From a virus (lineage: Duplodnaviria > Caudoviricetes), in the IMG/VR virus record IMGVR_UViG_3300035070_002022, positions 1 through 58,762 of that record: DNA of 58,762 nt. One strand, written 5' to 3'. Within the stretch, counting starts at the first letter, position 1; each line of letters starts with the position of its first letter. Both the position numbers and the translations under genes were made by a program. This document shows, piece after piece, positions 1 to 9,768 of the stretch. The notes beneath the pieces were generated by a model. It was not told where the DNA came from and did no database searches. It was given only the letters and a program-made list of their open reading frames with translations.

Positions 1-2411
1 TATTGCGGATTAAACTGAGATAGGTCAAATCCACCTAGGTTATCATTGCCCGCGGACTCAAAGTCTTTTGGCAATCCCTGCGTTTGCCTTTGCTCTATTA
101 GCTGGCTTTGTTGTGATCCTTCTTTTTCAATTCTTTTGTCTTTACGATCTTCTATTTGTGCGTCCTTAGCTTTTATTTCTTGAGCTTTCATTTGCGCAAG
201 CTTTAAGTTGTATTGAAACTCAGTTGCCATTAACTCTTTTTTAATCTGCGCTTCGGCCTGCATTCTTTGCATTTCAAAGTTTGATTTGGCCTGTTCAATT
301 GCTACCTTTTCAGCAGTCATTGCTTGTTGCTTTTGCACCTCAGCCATTGCAGCCTTTTCAGATGCTTCCGCATTTGCTTGAGCCTGTGCTTGTATATTTT
401 GCTGAACCAGCGCTTGCTCCCTTTCCTGTTTCTTCTTACGCTTTAGCTTTAGCATTTGATTAGCTAGCTTAAGGTTTTTTATTTGATTAAGATCAATCGA
501 ATCTTCAATATCAATTTCTTTTGTTTGCAAGGCTATTTGTATATTCTTTTGCAGCTCCGCTTTTTCTTCATCGTCTGGTTCCATTTCTAGAAATATACCA
601 AAGTCATGCAGATTGAGGTTTTCAATTTCTTTTAAAGTCTCTACATTAAAAGTAGATACGCTATTCATTAAGGAGTTTTTAGTAAGAGGAAAGCTTAACA
701 CATCAGCTATTTTAAGCGAAATGTTTTCACAAGTACTTAGCGTTAATTGTATGCTAGCATCCTGTATATGCTTAGTAGCGGTGTTAGACGCATTTGCTGC
801 CATTTTCTGCAAACCAACTAAAGCATTAGGATCCGGCATTGCTCCGTCCCTGGCTTCATTCAGCCCAGTAACATCCCTAATCATTTGCATATTATAGTTG
901 TATGCGGTAATTAAAGATTGTATTTTAGATATACCAGAAGAACTTGATAGTTCCTGTATAGGAACCTTGCCTCTGTTCATATCTCCGTCCTGCGTCATTG
1001 ACCTACCAACAACTGAACCTGTTTGGAAATACATGTTTAGTGCTTCCGCCGGGTTATAATTTGTACCATTACCTAAATCAACTTCTGCTAAACCATCAAT
1101 ATCTAAAAATATTCCATCAGGAACCATTCTAGATAGCACCTGCTGTATTTTTAAATGTGTTAATTGTATTACGTCAGCAAACCCAATACATTTGCTTATA
1201 AGCGATTGTATCACTCCTTTGTACATTCTAGGAGCAGCTATAGAGTAACTCATTTCCACTCTTGTGGTGTCAGCCATTGGGCGAGTCATGTTTTCGGCTA
1301 GTTTCCATTCTAGCATAATGTCCGTGCCTACTATTTTAGCGCCTTGATACAATACTTCAATCGACCTTGATACTCTTTCAAAGTTGTCATTTGGAGGCGG
1401 ATCAAATTCGTTTGTTTTTTCAATAGCTTTTTCAAGGCCATTGTCCGTTCTTTTTATTTTAAATACCTGGTCCGTATAAGTTTTGTACTCAAAGTATAAT
1501 ACTTGTACAGTATTATAGTCGTAGTTTTCAAAGCCTCGTATCATTCTACGATTGCCTGGCATTTTTTGAATTCTTTCTAATTCCTCATCAGATATGTAAG
1601 GGAATTCTTTTTTAAGTTCAGGTATGGTGATAGATTTAACCTCTCCTACATAATATATATCGTCAAAGTTCGGATCTTCTGTATAAGACCATACGCAATA
1701 AGCCGGGTCCACATAATCAACAACTATACCTTCCGCTGGGTTGAACGACGTTTTAGTTATACCTATTCCGATGTTAACTAAATCTTGATTTACCCTAGCT
1801 CTTGTCAGGTGATACTCGTTAGTCGCTAGCACAGTGTTAATAGCTTCCTCTTCCGCTATTTCTATAGCAGGCTTGTATTTAAGCTGCATGTGTAAATCTC
1901 TTTCCTCCATGGATTCCGGAAGCTCCGCATCAGACATTCCCGATCTGCTTAGATCCGTTCCTATTACAGCAGCTGCTATAGCCCGGGTCTTCTTTGTGAG
2001 CATATCGAAAAGCATGTTTTCAGCATAATCCGTCCTTTTCTTTAAAGAATCGGGGTCTTGTGAGTAAGCTGATATGTCGTATTGCTTTTGAGTAATACCG
2101 TTAGCTACAATGTTTGAAAACTTTGATAGTATAGGTACTGGTTTCCAGTCTAAATTTAAGTAAGATAAATCGCCGTTAATAGCTAATTCATCTTTGTACT
2201 TTTGAACACTTTGCTCACCTCTAGCATATAGTCTAAGGTTATGAAAGTTATTCCAGTTAGTTAGATATCTATTTGAACCTGCTCCTCCGTAATTAAACCA
2301 CTCTTGCTCAATAGCACGAGAAACCTGTAATCCGTATTCTAGTGTTGCTTTTTCAGCATCACTTACTACCTGATCAGGAAATGGACTATTAGTATTTGTA
2401 CTTACATTCAT
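1..2411 (-). CDS. Portal protein (~803 aa; stop codon probably cut by the window edge)
   Basis: ATG at 2411 abuts the terminase stop. The same frame reads MNVSTNTNSPFPDQVV at the start and ...ESAGNDNLGGFDLSQFNPQ then TA at the edge. Size, position after TerL and coiled-coil C-terminus fit a portal. Missing from the ORF track because no complete stop is in the window. Confidence 0.8.
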   Translation of the reverse strand, partial: MNVSTNTNSPFPDQVVSDAEKATLEYGLQVSRAIEQEWFNYGGAGSNRYLTNWNNFHNLRLYARGEQSVQKYKDELAINGDLSYLNLDWKPVPILSKFSNIVANGITQKQYDISAYSQDPDSLKKRTDYAENMLFDMLTKKTRAIAAAVIGTDLSRSGMSDAELPESMEERDLHMQLKYKPAIEIAEEEAINTVLATNEYHLTRARVNQDLVNIGIGITKTSFNPAEGIVVDYVDPAYCVWSYTEDPNFDDIYYVGEVKSITIPELKKEFPYISDEELERIQKMPGNRRMIRGFENYDYNTVQVLYFEYKTYTDQVFKIKRTDNGLEKAIEKTNEFDPPPNDNFERVSRSIEVLYQGAKIVGTDIMLEWKLAENMTRPMADTTRVEMSYSIAAPRMYKGVIQSLISKCIGFADVIQLTHLKIQQVLSRMVPDGIFLDIDGLAEVDLGNGTNYNPAEALNMYFQTGSVVGRSMTQDGDMNRGKVPIQELSSSSGISKIQSLITAYNYNMQMIRDVTGLNEARDGAMPDPNALVGLQKMAANASNTATKHIQDASIQLTLSTCENISLKIADVLSFPLTKNSLMNSVSTFNVETLKEIENLNLHDFGIFLEMEPDDEEKAELQKNIQIALQTKEIDIEDSIDLNQIKNLKLANQMLKLKRKKKQEREQALVQQNIQAQAQANAEASEKAAMAEVQKQQAMTAEKVAIEQAKSNFEMQRMQAEAQIKKELMATEFQYNLKLAQMKAQEIKAKDAQIEDRKDKRIEKEGSQQSQLIEQRQTQGLPKDFESAGNDNLGGFDLSQFNPQ

Positions 2412-4625
2412 CTATTGCATTATTTTTGAGGTGGTTCCTTTATTGTCGTATTTCTTAAACCCTAAGGAATATTTCTTTGTTGTAATAGCTCCTTTGGGAC
2501 TATATCTATGTTTGTTGCATGCCATTAAAGCTAAGCCGGAGCTTATTGATGCATCATGCTTTGTCCTGTTGTTTATATCAAACTTGGCCCAGTCTTCTAA
2601 TGTTCTTTGTAAATAAACATCACCGTACCCTTCTTTTGTTTGACCAACAAAATCTTCTATATAGGTTTCAATTGCCGAGGCGTGCGCCTGCTTAATATCT
2701 TCACTTGAGTTAGGTATGCCGCCTACTTCTCGTTCTGACACAGATAACTTATTGTAAGATCTATCTGGTCTATTAATACTGAAACCTCTGTATCCTCGAC
2801 GCTTTAAGTAGTAAAGCAGTCTAGGTTTGTTATTTTCACATAATATCGGCATTCCGTAAAACACCATAGCCATTAACACATCTTCAAAAAACATCTCGGC
2901 TGTTGATGGCCTAGCTATATATTCTAAAAAGAAATGATTAGGAGGTGCGTCCTCCATTGAAAATTTAGTTAATCCGTGAAGTGCTCCGTTAGAGCCACCA
3001 CCACCCACAACACCACTAATGTCGTAACTGTCACAGCCAAAAGCTCCCATGTGCTCGTTTCCTGGATATTTAATACCATTCTTTATTATTATGTTATTCT
3101 GTTGTTCTTGATTAGGAACCCAAGTAATATAAAATCTACCATCTTTGTTCGGGTAAAACATTACTTTTGTGTCTTTAATACCGTGCTCCCATTGAAAGTT
3201 TCCTTTCGTAACCATTGTATTGTTTTTTAACTCGTCGTTGTAATCTATCTGTTGATAGATCTTAGTTAAGTTAAATAACGATTGCTTAGATTCATCTCTA
3301 AAAGCGTGCTGTTCTGTTCTTGGAAATTGACGATAGTATTCGTTCAACGCATCCGGATCGTCTTTTAATCCTTCAACTTCATTTTCCCAATGATCAATGA
3401 CGCCCTCATCAATAATGTCACCTTGAGGACCAAGAATATCTTTCTTAGGTGCTTCAAAAACCGGCCAACCGTATTCATCAATGAATCCTTCATAGTTCCA
3501 CTCCATCGGTATAAAAAGCTTATACAATCCGCTTTTTGTTTGCCCATTCTTATTTCTTTTTGTAACGTCTGAATCGTTATATAATTTTTTAAAGTTTTTA
3601 CCTCCTTTGTCTAATGCATTTGAGGTTGAGCCCATCATACACTTCCCGATAATACGGCTACCTAATCTTAAGCAAGTTTTTGTAACTCGCCAGTTGTTAA
3701 GAATGTTAGTAGGCCTTTCCCACTTACCGCTTTCGTCGTGTACTAATAGCTTTAGTTTTTCTCCATCGTAAGAGTTGTCCCCGGTGTTTTTCCAGTCGAT
3801 CGTTGTGTCGAGACCTGTAATTTCCTGGAGTTTCTCGTTTGAATCGAGTTTCCTCCTTGTAAGCTTTGAGGCCGGTACTCTGTATGCAAGCTCTGTTTTC
3901 GGGCGGTCCATTCCGTCTTGTATTGGTTTAAAGAAGAATGGATAGTTAACCGATATCGGAACAACTTTGTCTGTAAACATCTTCTTTGCATCGGGTCCAG
4001 ACTTGGACAGTATGCCAAATCTAGCATCCGTAGATATTGTGCCTTGGTTAACGGTCTCTCCTGAGGCCATGAAAGAAAAGCCTGATCTTCTGTTCTTAAG
4101 GTAGCACATGCCGTAGCTTCTTCTGTCTGCTTTGCAAGCTTCCCAAAAAAGATAGAACAATCTGTTTGATTCTCTAAAGTCTGGGTGCCCAACGTCAATC
4201 TTGGACCACTGCAGGTACATGTAATGAGTACCAGTAATATAAGTAGGCTGGTCTTTGTTAATAAACCAAAAACCTTCTTCGCGCCTGTTAAACTCTGTGT
4301 CAATATATCCATACCACTTTTCTTTAAATGCAGTTGGATACTTTTCCCAATCCGCTTCGCTTTTAATTTTACTTAATTCTTTTGGGTATTCTTTTGGCAC
4401 CCACTTATTAATTCCCTTACTGAGTTTGTCCTCTAGTAAAGGTAATGCGATATGTAAATCACCAATAACATATATATCTCCTATCTTGCCTGTTCTACTT
4501 ATTACAACAAGATCGTATTCTTTGTCGTAACCATACTCCCATTTAGCGTAGCGATTCTTTTTCTTAATTGCTTGCGGCTTAACGTAGTCTTTGGCTATCC
4601 GGTATAATTCCTGTTGATATGCCAT
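2412..4625 (-). CDS. terL: Terminase large subunit
   Basis: Walker A-like LKNRRSGFS, Walker B LLVHDESGKW, motif III GSTSN, RNase H-like nuclease GCDSYD...HDASISSGLA. Confidence 0.92.
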   Translation of the reverse strand: MAYQQELYRIAKDYVKPQAIKKKNRYAKWEYGYDKEYDLVVISRTGKIGDIYVIGDLHIALPLLEDKLSKGINKWVPKEYPKELSKIKSEADWEKYPTAFKEKWYGYIDTEFNRREEGFWFINKDQPTYITGTHYMYLQWSKIDVGHPDFRESNRLFYLFWEACKADRRSYGMCYLKNRRSGFSFMASGETVNQGTISTDARFGILSKSGPDAKKMFTDKVVPISVNYPFFFKPIQDGMDRPKTELAYRVPASKLTRRKLDSNEKLQEITGLDTTIDWKNTGDNSYDGEKLKLLVHDESGKWERPTNILNNWRVTKTCLRLGSRIIGKCMMGSTSNALDKGGKNFKKLYNDSDVTKRNKNGQTKSGLYKLFIPMEWNYEGFIDEYGWPVFEAPKKDILGPQGDIIDEGVIDHWENEVEGLKDDPDALNEYYRQFPRTEQHAFRDESKQSLFNLTKIYQQIDYNDELKNNTMVTKGNFQWEHGIKDTKVMFYPNKDGRFYITWVPNQEQQNNIIIKNGIKYPGNEHMGAFGCDSYDISGVVGGGGSNGALHGLTKFSMEDAPPNHFFLEYIARPSTAEMFFEDVLMAMVFYGMPILCENNKPRLLYYLKRRGYRGFSINRPDRSYNKLSVSEREVGGIPNSSEDIKQAHASAIETYIEDFVGQTKEGYGDVYLQRTLEDWAKFDINNRTKHDASISSGLALMACNKHRYSPKGAITTKKYSLGFKKYDNKGTTSKIMQ

Positions 4626-4897
4626 TATTTAGATCTCGATTCTGCAAACCCTTTAAAAGCGGATTTAGTTGAAGCGCTTGACGATTCGTTTATCATACTT
4701 TCCTCTTCTTGAATTCTTGTAAGAATTTCAAAAGCATCAAATATACATAACTTTTTAGTAGCGGCAGCATTTTTAAGTCTGTCAGCTGAGATATCCTCTT
4801 CTGAGTCAACGATCTTTTCTTTTGCTACCTTTACTAATTCTTCAATCGCTAGTCGCCCAGCGGCTATTATATTCTTCTTCGTTTCTATCGAGTCCAT
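4625..4897 (-). CDS. Putative terminase small subunit
   Basis: 90-aa helical protein directly upstream of, and translationally coupled to, TerL. Confidence 0.5.
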   Translation of the reverse strand: MDSIETKKNIIAAGRLAIEELVKVAKEKIVDSEEDISADRLKNAAATKKLCIFDAFEILTRIQEEESMINESSSASTKSAFKGFAESRSK

Positions 4898-5447
4898 ACT
4901 TTATAACAATATCATTTGATTTCATACAATACATAATCTGATTGTCTACAACAAATTCCCATTCGCTATTTGGTGTGAACCCAACTATGTCTCCTGGATT
5001 GATTCCAGACTCCTCTAAGGAGCTATTACCTATTTTAAGTATACCAATAAGATCAGCTACTTTATCTGTGCTTAAAAGGTCTTTACTCTTTACAGGTGCA
5101 ACAAAGCATCTATCTCCGAATGATTTCCAAGTATCCGTTCTTTTATATAAGTACACTTGATCAACCGCACAAAAAAATAAGTCGTCTTTTAAGAAAGACC
5201 TACTGTTCTTTTTGATTCCTTTCATGTCGTAAAATACCCTGAATACATTGTGATGCACCATAATCAAATCACCTTTCCTTATAGGGGTTGCAAATGCAAC
5301 TGGTGTTTCAACTACCTCAGCAATATTATTAACATGCTTAAAGCTTTCTATAGAGCTGTTTGTTATAAGGGTATGCTCTCCAACCTTTACCTCGTTATCA
5401 TACCTTTTGCCTACCGGCTTTATGATAAAGTCATATACACTCCGCAT
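4842..5447 (-). CDS. Protein with two GroES-like (co-chaperonin-like) domains
   Basis: Two similar halves: DFIIKP...IRKGDLIMV and DRCFVAP...GINPGDIVGF...IMYCMKSNDI, resembling the GroES pattern. Confidence 0.55.
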   Translation of the reverse strand: MRSVYDFIIKPVGKRYDNEVKVGEHTLITNSSIESFKHVNNIAEVVETPVAFATPIRKGDLIMVHHNVFRVFYDMKGIKKNSRSFLKDDLFFCAVDQVYLYKRTDTWKSFGDRCFVAPVKSKDLLSTDKVADLIGILKIGNSSLEESGINPGDIVGFTPNSEWEFVVDNQIMYCMKSNDIVIKYGLDRNEEEYNSRWATSD

Positions 5448-5674
5448 TAATATTCTAAGTCATATTCAACGGATATTGCCATGTTAGAGTTAAATTTCTT
5501 CCATGGCATTATCTCGTCTACTTTTTTTATAAATATATTATAAGAATTATCAGACTCTTCAAATAGTATGTGAGAGATCTCGTGACCGCCGTAAACTGTC
5601 TGTTTAACAGAGTAATGCATTGCTTCGTTTTTATAGTCAGCCCCGATACTAATCTTTCTTATAATACTATCCAT
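5447..5674 (-). CDS. Hypothetical protein
   Basis: 75-aa ORF, coupled within the operon. Confidence 0.7.
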   Translation of the reverse strand: MDSIIRKISIGADYKNEAMHYSVKQTVYGGHEISHILFEESDNSYNIFIKKVDEIMPWKKFNSNMAISVEYDLEY

Positions 5675-5678
5675 AATA

Positions 5679-5951
5679 TTACTCTACAACTGCTTCTGGT
5701 ACAATCTCTTCAAAAGTTCCATCTACAAGGTTAATATTAATTGGCCCGTACTTAGCCTCAATGTCTTTCTTAGCTTCGTCCATACCTTTTTCAAGTACAT
5801 TAACTTGGTATATAGCTTTAGCTTTTTGAACCTCTAACACACCTATATTAGCTAGGTACGATTGCAGTTCCCCTTGAAGTTCTTTAATGTTGCCTAATTC
5901 CTCTGCTGTAATAGCGTTTACTTTTGATTTCATTTCTTTTACTTTACTCAT
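5679..5951 (-). CDS. Coiled-coil protein (possible fibre assembly chaperone)
   Basis: Heptad pattern ending KYGPININLVDG; function inferred from context only. Confidence 0.5.
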   Translation of the reverse strand: MSKVKEMKSKVNAITAEELGNIKELQGELQSYLANIGVLEVQKAKAIYQVNVLEKGMDEAKKDIEAKYGPININLVDGTFEEIVPEAVVE

Positions 5952-5976
5952 TTGATTTAATTTAATTGTTAATTAT

Positions 5977-6390
5977 TTATTTATAAACTCTAAATTTTTC
6001 GCCTCTTCTTTTGTCTTGATTACTATTTGAAAAGTCAACTATTTTATTGCTTTTGTCAAAAGCTCTACCTTTGAATCCTTTAGGAAGATTGCCGTAAGTG
6101 GAAGCACTAGCCATTGTGTTAGCATTAGTTCCGCTCGTAAGGTTTCCTTTTTTACCGCTAGTAGATTGGCTTTGTGATCCAAAATCTATTGCGTTGCCAA
6201 CTTGCTTTGACAACTTGTCCGCGGGAGCACCCGAAACCACATCTATACTAGATGTTTCCTTTGTTTCAGTATCAAAGGATTTAACTTTTTTCTTCTTCTT
6301 TTTGTCTTCTCCGTTTTGATATCCACCTGTAATTTCATCTACCATTTTATTGGTAACCGGTGCTCTTCCGAATTCTTGTTTGTATGCCAT
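5977..6390 (-). CDS. Hypothetical Lys-rich protein
   Basis: 137-aa ORF with a poly-K tract. Confidence 0.6.
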   Translation of the reverse strand: MAYKQEFGRAPVTNKMVDEITGGYQNGEDKKKKKKVKSFDTETKETSSIDVVSGAPADKLSKQVGNAIDFGSQSQSTSGKKGNLTSGTNANTMASASTYGNLPKGFKGRAFDKSNKIVDFSNSNQDKRRGEKFRVYK

Positions 6391-6400
6391 AATTTTTGTT

Positions 6401-6745
6401 TTAGTATAATCGCGTTAAAGCGTAAGTTCCGCGAACGTCGCCTGTGTATTTTGTAGAAATTGAATCCCTGGTTATAAGTGTGTATTCTATTGTCACTCTG
6501 TACCCGTTGTCTGGGTTATGTAGCTTTGTTATAAAACTTGTTACTCCCTCATCAAATATTTCTTCGGTTATAACATCGTATTCTTCAAAAGAGGTATTAA
6601 AACATTGTAGTACCGCGTAATCTGACGCAAGTATTGTTTTTAAGTAATTGCTTCCTTCAGTTTTCCATATTCCATTAAATGCTTCTTGAGCTGTTAATGT
6701 TAATGACGTTAAAACTAAACATAGTGTGATAAATAAATTTTTCAT
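6401..6745 (-). CDS. Exported protein with signal peptide
   Basis: MKNLFITLCLVLTSLTLTA|QE is a Bacteroidota-style signal peptide with +1 Gln; has its own class II promoter. Confidence 0.7.
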   Translation of the reverse strand: MKNLFITLCLVLTSLTLTAQEAFNGIWKTEGSNYLKTILASDYAVLQCFNTSFEEYDVITEEIFDEGVTSFITKLHNPDNGYRVTIEYTLITRDSISTKYTGDVRGTYALTRLY

Positions 6746-6760
6746 AAGATTTGATTTTAT

Positions 6761-6792
6761 TATATAATCACACGTTTTTTTTAAAAACTTGT
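6761..6792 (-). promoter_or_regulatory. Class II phage promoter (degenerate upstream box)
   Basis: Minus strand ACAAG-N13-CGTGT-GATTAT-ATA, 15 nt before the ATG at 6745. Confidence 0.6.
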
Positions 6793-6818
6793 TTTATTCT
6801 TCTATTGCATTGCTCATG

Positions 6819-7112
6819 TTACTTTAGCGCTATAAGATCACCTGCACCTGCATCAGTTCCTGTTGCTAATACATAATCAACTATAACAGGCAAGATAAAT
6901 CCCGCTGGCACAGCTTTAAATGTTACCGCTTGAGCAGCTGTTGGAAAACCTCCTGCTGGATTAACTACCCCGGATAAAATTACTTTAATATCTCCGGCTA
7001 CACCTACATATAGGCAAGCCTGGTTTAAGTTAGTTGCATAAGATATTGTGTTACTAGGTGTTACAGCCGCTGCTTGCGTTCCAAAATCCGGTTGATTTCC
7101 AAATTGTCCCAT
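6819..7112 (-). CDS. Small putative virion/structural protein
   Basis: 97 aa; LYVGVAGDIKV...VTFKAVPAGFILPV beta-rich pattern typical of small phage tail/spike-associated proteins. Confidence 0.55.
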   Translation of the reverse strand: MGQFGNQPDFGTQAAAVTPSNTISYATNLNQACLYVGVAGDIKVILSGVVNPAGGFPTAAQAVTFKAVPAGFILPVIVDYVLATGTDAGAGDLIALK

Positions 7113-7519
7113 TATTCTTTTATTTTGTTATTCATTATTTTTCTACTTTTTTCCCACGATCTACCTACAAAGTAAGCGCCGTAGACTGTAACTAATAGCG
7201 TTTGGAATATAGGTATATATTCTGCTGCTATTTGAAAGTGACCAATATTTCCGTCAGCAAATGCTAATACCGAAAATATAAAGGTAAGATATATTAATAC
7301 CATTGGCCTAATGTTTTTAGAAAGGAAGCTATCCGAACTCATGTCCGACTTCCACCTCGCAGTAACTTCCACTTGTGCGTTAGCCTCTGCTTTTTCAAGA
7401 ATTACTTGCAATTGTTTTTTAATCTCAAGCTTCTCTTCTTTTGTAGTCGTTAGACTATCGATCACAGATCCGACTTCTTTAATAAGCCCTCCTGTTAACC
7501 ATGAAATTATTTTGCTCAT
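7112..7519 (-). CDS. Holin (3TM / GTA-holin type)
   Basis: RWKSDM.SDSFLSKNIRP motif followed by two hydrophobic helices and YFVGRSWEK. Confidence 0.75.
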   Translation of the reverse strand: MSKIISWLTGGLIKEVGSVIDSLTTTKEEKLEIKKQLQVILEKAEANAQVEVTARWKSDMSSDSFLSKNIRPMVLIYLTFIFSVLAFADGNIGHFQIAAEYIPIFQTLLVTVYGAYFVGRSWEKSRKIMNNKIKE

Positions 7520-7533
7520 ATTCTTTGTTTAAT

Positions 7534-7564
7534 AAAAACCCCGCGAATTTTACTTCGCGGAGTT
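7534..7564 (-). terminator. Intrinsic terminator
   Basis: Minus strand AACTCCGCGAA-GTAAAA-TTCGCGGGGTT followed by a T-run. Confidence 0.65.
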
Positions 7565-7615
7565 AATAATGATTAGGCTATAGGTATGCTATCTCCTAGT
7601 CCTTTAGGCTTCATG

Positions 7616-7918
7616 TTAGCTTATTAAATCGCTAACCGTTAAAACGTTTTGTCCAACTTGAGCTTCCACTAATCTACCTCCAGGGTTTGATATTAATGCA
7701 TTGTTAATAGCTACTACTACAGAATCAGTTACGCTGGTACTAGCGCAGGTTAAAATAAAGTATTTACCTTCTGACGTATATAAGTTTATTTTGTCGTCTG
7801 TGAAGCCGTCTGGAACTGCAGAAGCGTAAAAAATATCATCCGCGTTGAATACTGCTTTTTTTACTCCGGAAGCAACCCCTGTTCCGTTTACTAAATTGAT
7901 AATTAATCTTTGTGACAT
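7616..7918 (-). CDS. Hypothetical protein
   Basis: 100-aa ORF with an A-rich leader, followed by a terminator. Confidence 0.7.
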   Translation of the reverse strand: MSQRLIINLVNGTGVASGVKKAVFNADDIFYASAVPDGFTDDKINLYTSEGKYFILTCASTSVTDSVVVAINNALISNPGGRLVEAQVGQNVLTVSDLIS

Positions 7919-7982
7919 AATTTTTTTGAGTTTTTAGTCGTTTATATTTGTTTTTGGTTTAGGTTTATACAGTCCTATTCTG

Positions 7983-8087
7983 TTATTTTTTCTTTACACA
8001 ATTATTAACGGTTTTTCCGCCTTTCTTTTTTGTGCCTTGCTTTATATATCCTCTCCAACAAGGAGTTGTTTTCTTTTTAGCTTTCAT
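7983..8087 (-). CDS. Small basic protein with CWxGY...GKxVxNCVK motif (34 aa)
   Basis: Hand translation MKAKKKTTPCWRGYIKQGTKKKGGKTVNNCVKKK; ATGA overlap with the upstream ORF. Confidence 0.7.
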   Translation of the reverse strand: MKAKKKTTPCWRGYIKQGTKKKGGKTVNNCVKKK

Positions 8088-8221
8088 CGACTGCGTGGAT
8101 TAGTTATTCTAAATACAGGCTTTGCATCCCATCCGTTTCGGCCTTTAGACCCTTTAGTTCCTGTCTGCGCAGTTTTCATATATTTGCTAAGGCACCCACA
8201 ATTGCTTTTTTTATCCTTCAT
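8084..8221 (-). CDS. Small basic protein (45 aa)
   Basis: MKDKKSNCGCLSKY...; ATG at 8221 sits just after the upstream stop and is preferred to the track start at 8278. Confidence 0.6.
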   Translation of the reverse strand: MKDKKSNCGCLSKYMKTAQTGTKGSKGRNGWDAKPVFRITNPRSR

Positions 8222-8225
8222 TCTG

Positions 8226-8492
8226 CTAGCTTTTTTTATTTGACTGGCAAAAGCTTGAAGCGGCACCCACGCTGCCAAACCCCCATTTTTTTAAAGCAAA
8301 TGCTTTTCTAGTAGGATCACCATTAGGTTTTTTCATCGGGCCTTTCATACCCGCAAATCTACACGCAAAGCTTACTCGCCTAGGGTTTTTTCCGCTAGTT
8401 AATCGTTTACCCATCCCTGGATTCTCTTTACGCATTTTACGGTTTTGTTTTTCGTAAGCAGCATTTTGCTGCGATTTAGATTTTTTTGCCAT
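8226..8492 (-). CDS. Basic phage protein (DUF6321-like)
   Basis: RRVSFACRFAGMKGPMKKPNGDPTRKAFALKKW resembles a recurrent phage basic-protein family. Confidence 0.6.
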   Translation of the reverse strand: MAKKSKSQQNAAYEKQNRKMRKENPGMGKRLTSGKNPRRVSFACRFAGMKGPMKKPNGDPTRKAFALKKWGFGSVGAASSFCQSNKKS

Positions 8493-8494
8493 AG

Positions 8495-8881
8495 CTATTT
8501 ATTTGTGTTGTCCCACCTTGTTTTTGTTCCTCGTATATCGTAATGTACAAATGTGTTATATAAACCTAACCCACCTTGCATTACATGATTGTACTCGGCT
8601 AATGTATCTAATACTTTATACAGGTCTTTTGGCGGTAAGCCTTTAACCTGCAAATCAGCTGCCTTGCCTAATATATGTTGGCTGTCAGAGACTCCACCCA
8701 CTTCTTTGTTGTGACTTCGGCATCGATATGCATTAGTTATTGTTATTGGTAATTCTATAAAGTCACGAGTATACTGCAATTGATTTGCTAGCTTTTGGAT
8801 GTTAAAAAAAACTTCCATAGGCATTTTGCAACCGCACTTGCATTCAAACTCAGACTTTTTAAAGTTACTAGTAAGATTCAT
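8495..8881 (-). CDS. Peptidase M15A-family endolysin
   Basis: NF..SEF.CKCGC, YRC..HN..VGG...SQH..GKAAD and FVHYD Zn ligands; likely start MNLTSNF. Confidence 0.88.
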   Translation of the reverse strand: MNLTSNFKKSEFECKCGCKMPMEVFFNIQKLANQLQYTRDFIELPITITNAYRCRSHNKEVGGVSDSQHILGKAADLQVKGLPPKDLYKVLDTLAEYNHVMQGGLGLYNTFVHYDIRGTKTRWDNTNK

Positions 8882-9089
8882 TCGAGCGACCTTTAGCACA
8901 CTGCGTGATTGGCTTAGATTCGTAAGGCGTAGGGTATTTTAATACCTGCATGCCGTTTGCCCCTGAAGAAGATCCTTTTCCGTGAGGTCTACCCTCTTGG
9001 CTTAAAGGCCCATCCCATAATGCTGATTCTCCTATTTGTCCTTTAGCTCCACCCGTTGGGTTGGATACCATTTGTTTTTTGTAGTCCAT
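8868..9089 (-). CDS. Hypothetical protein
   Basis: 73-aa Gly-rich ORF in the operon. Confidence 0.6.
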   Translation of the reverse strand: MDYKKQMVSNPTGGAKGQIGESALWDGPLSQEGRPHGKGSSSGANGMQVLKYPTPYESKPITQCAKGRSNESY

Positions 9090-9094
9090 AGTTT

Positions 9095-9319
9095 TTATAT
9101 TAATCCTTGCATAGATTTATTTCTTGCTTCAATGTCTCCCATTACTCCGTTAGTTACAGCTGCAAAAGCAGGATTGACTCCATTTGCTTGGTAAGTAGGT
9201 TGTTGCATACCTCTGGCTTGTAATTGCGCTTGTTGTTGCGCGGCCATAGCTTGTTGCATTGCCATTTCACTTGTATCTTGTACGCCAGGCATCTGACCCA
9301 TCATGTTCATGTTTACCAT
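9095..9319 (-). CDS. Hypothetical Met/Gln-rich low-complexity protein
   Basis: 74-aa ORF in the operon. Confidence 0.6.
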   Translation of the reverse strand: MVNMNMMGQMPGVQDTSEMAMQQAMAAQQQAQLQARGMQQPTYQANGVNPAFAAVTNGVMGDIEARNKSMQGLI

Positions 9320-9321
9320 AA

Positions 9322-9768
9322 TTATCTTGTTTTATCTTTGTTAACTTTATCGAATGCAGCGGAATAAACTTTTGCGCTGTATGTGTTTTTTTTCATTAAA
9401 GGATTGCGTCTAGTTGAAGTAGGTATATCCTCTTCTCCTAACATTATACGATACATCTGCTGTATTAAGCATTTGCATCTAAAACTGATCTTATATATAC
9501 TATAGCTTTTATCCGACCCGTTATAACCTCGCCATTTGACGATCCAGCCCTCTTTAAGCAGCCTATTCCATCTCCTATTGTCCCAAGAGTATGTAAGGCT
9601 ACCGTCTTCAAAATCGCGCTTCCTAAACTGCCCTAAACAATCGAAGTAAATCAACAGTTCTAAATCAGCATCGGTAATACCATTTGTTTTACAAGCCCAC
9701 TTGCGTATAATCCTATAATGCTTTAACAGTCCGAGTTCTTTTAAATCACCTCCTGTTAACTTTCTCAT
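9322..9768 (-). CDS. Putative winged-helix DNA-binding protein
   Basis: ITDADLELLIYF...RLLKEGWIVKW...IYKISFRCK resembles a MarR-like wHTH. Confidence 0.5.
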   Translation of the reverse strand: MRKLTGGDLKELGLLKHYRIIRKWACKTNGITDADLELLIYFDCLGQFRKRDFEDGSLTYSWDNRRWNRLLKEGWIVKWRGYNGSDKSYSIYKISFRCKCLIQQMYRIMLGEEDIPTSTRRNPLMKKNTYSAKVYSAAFDKVNKDKTR

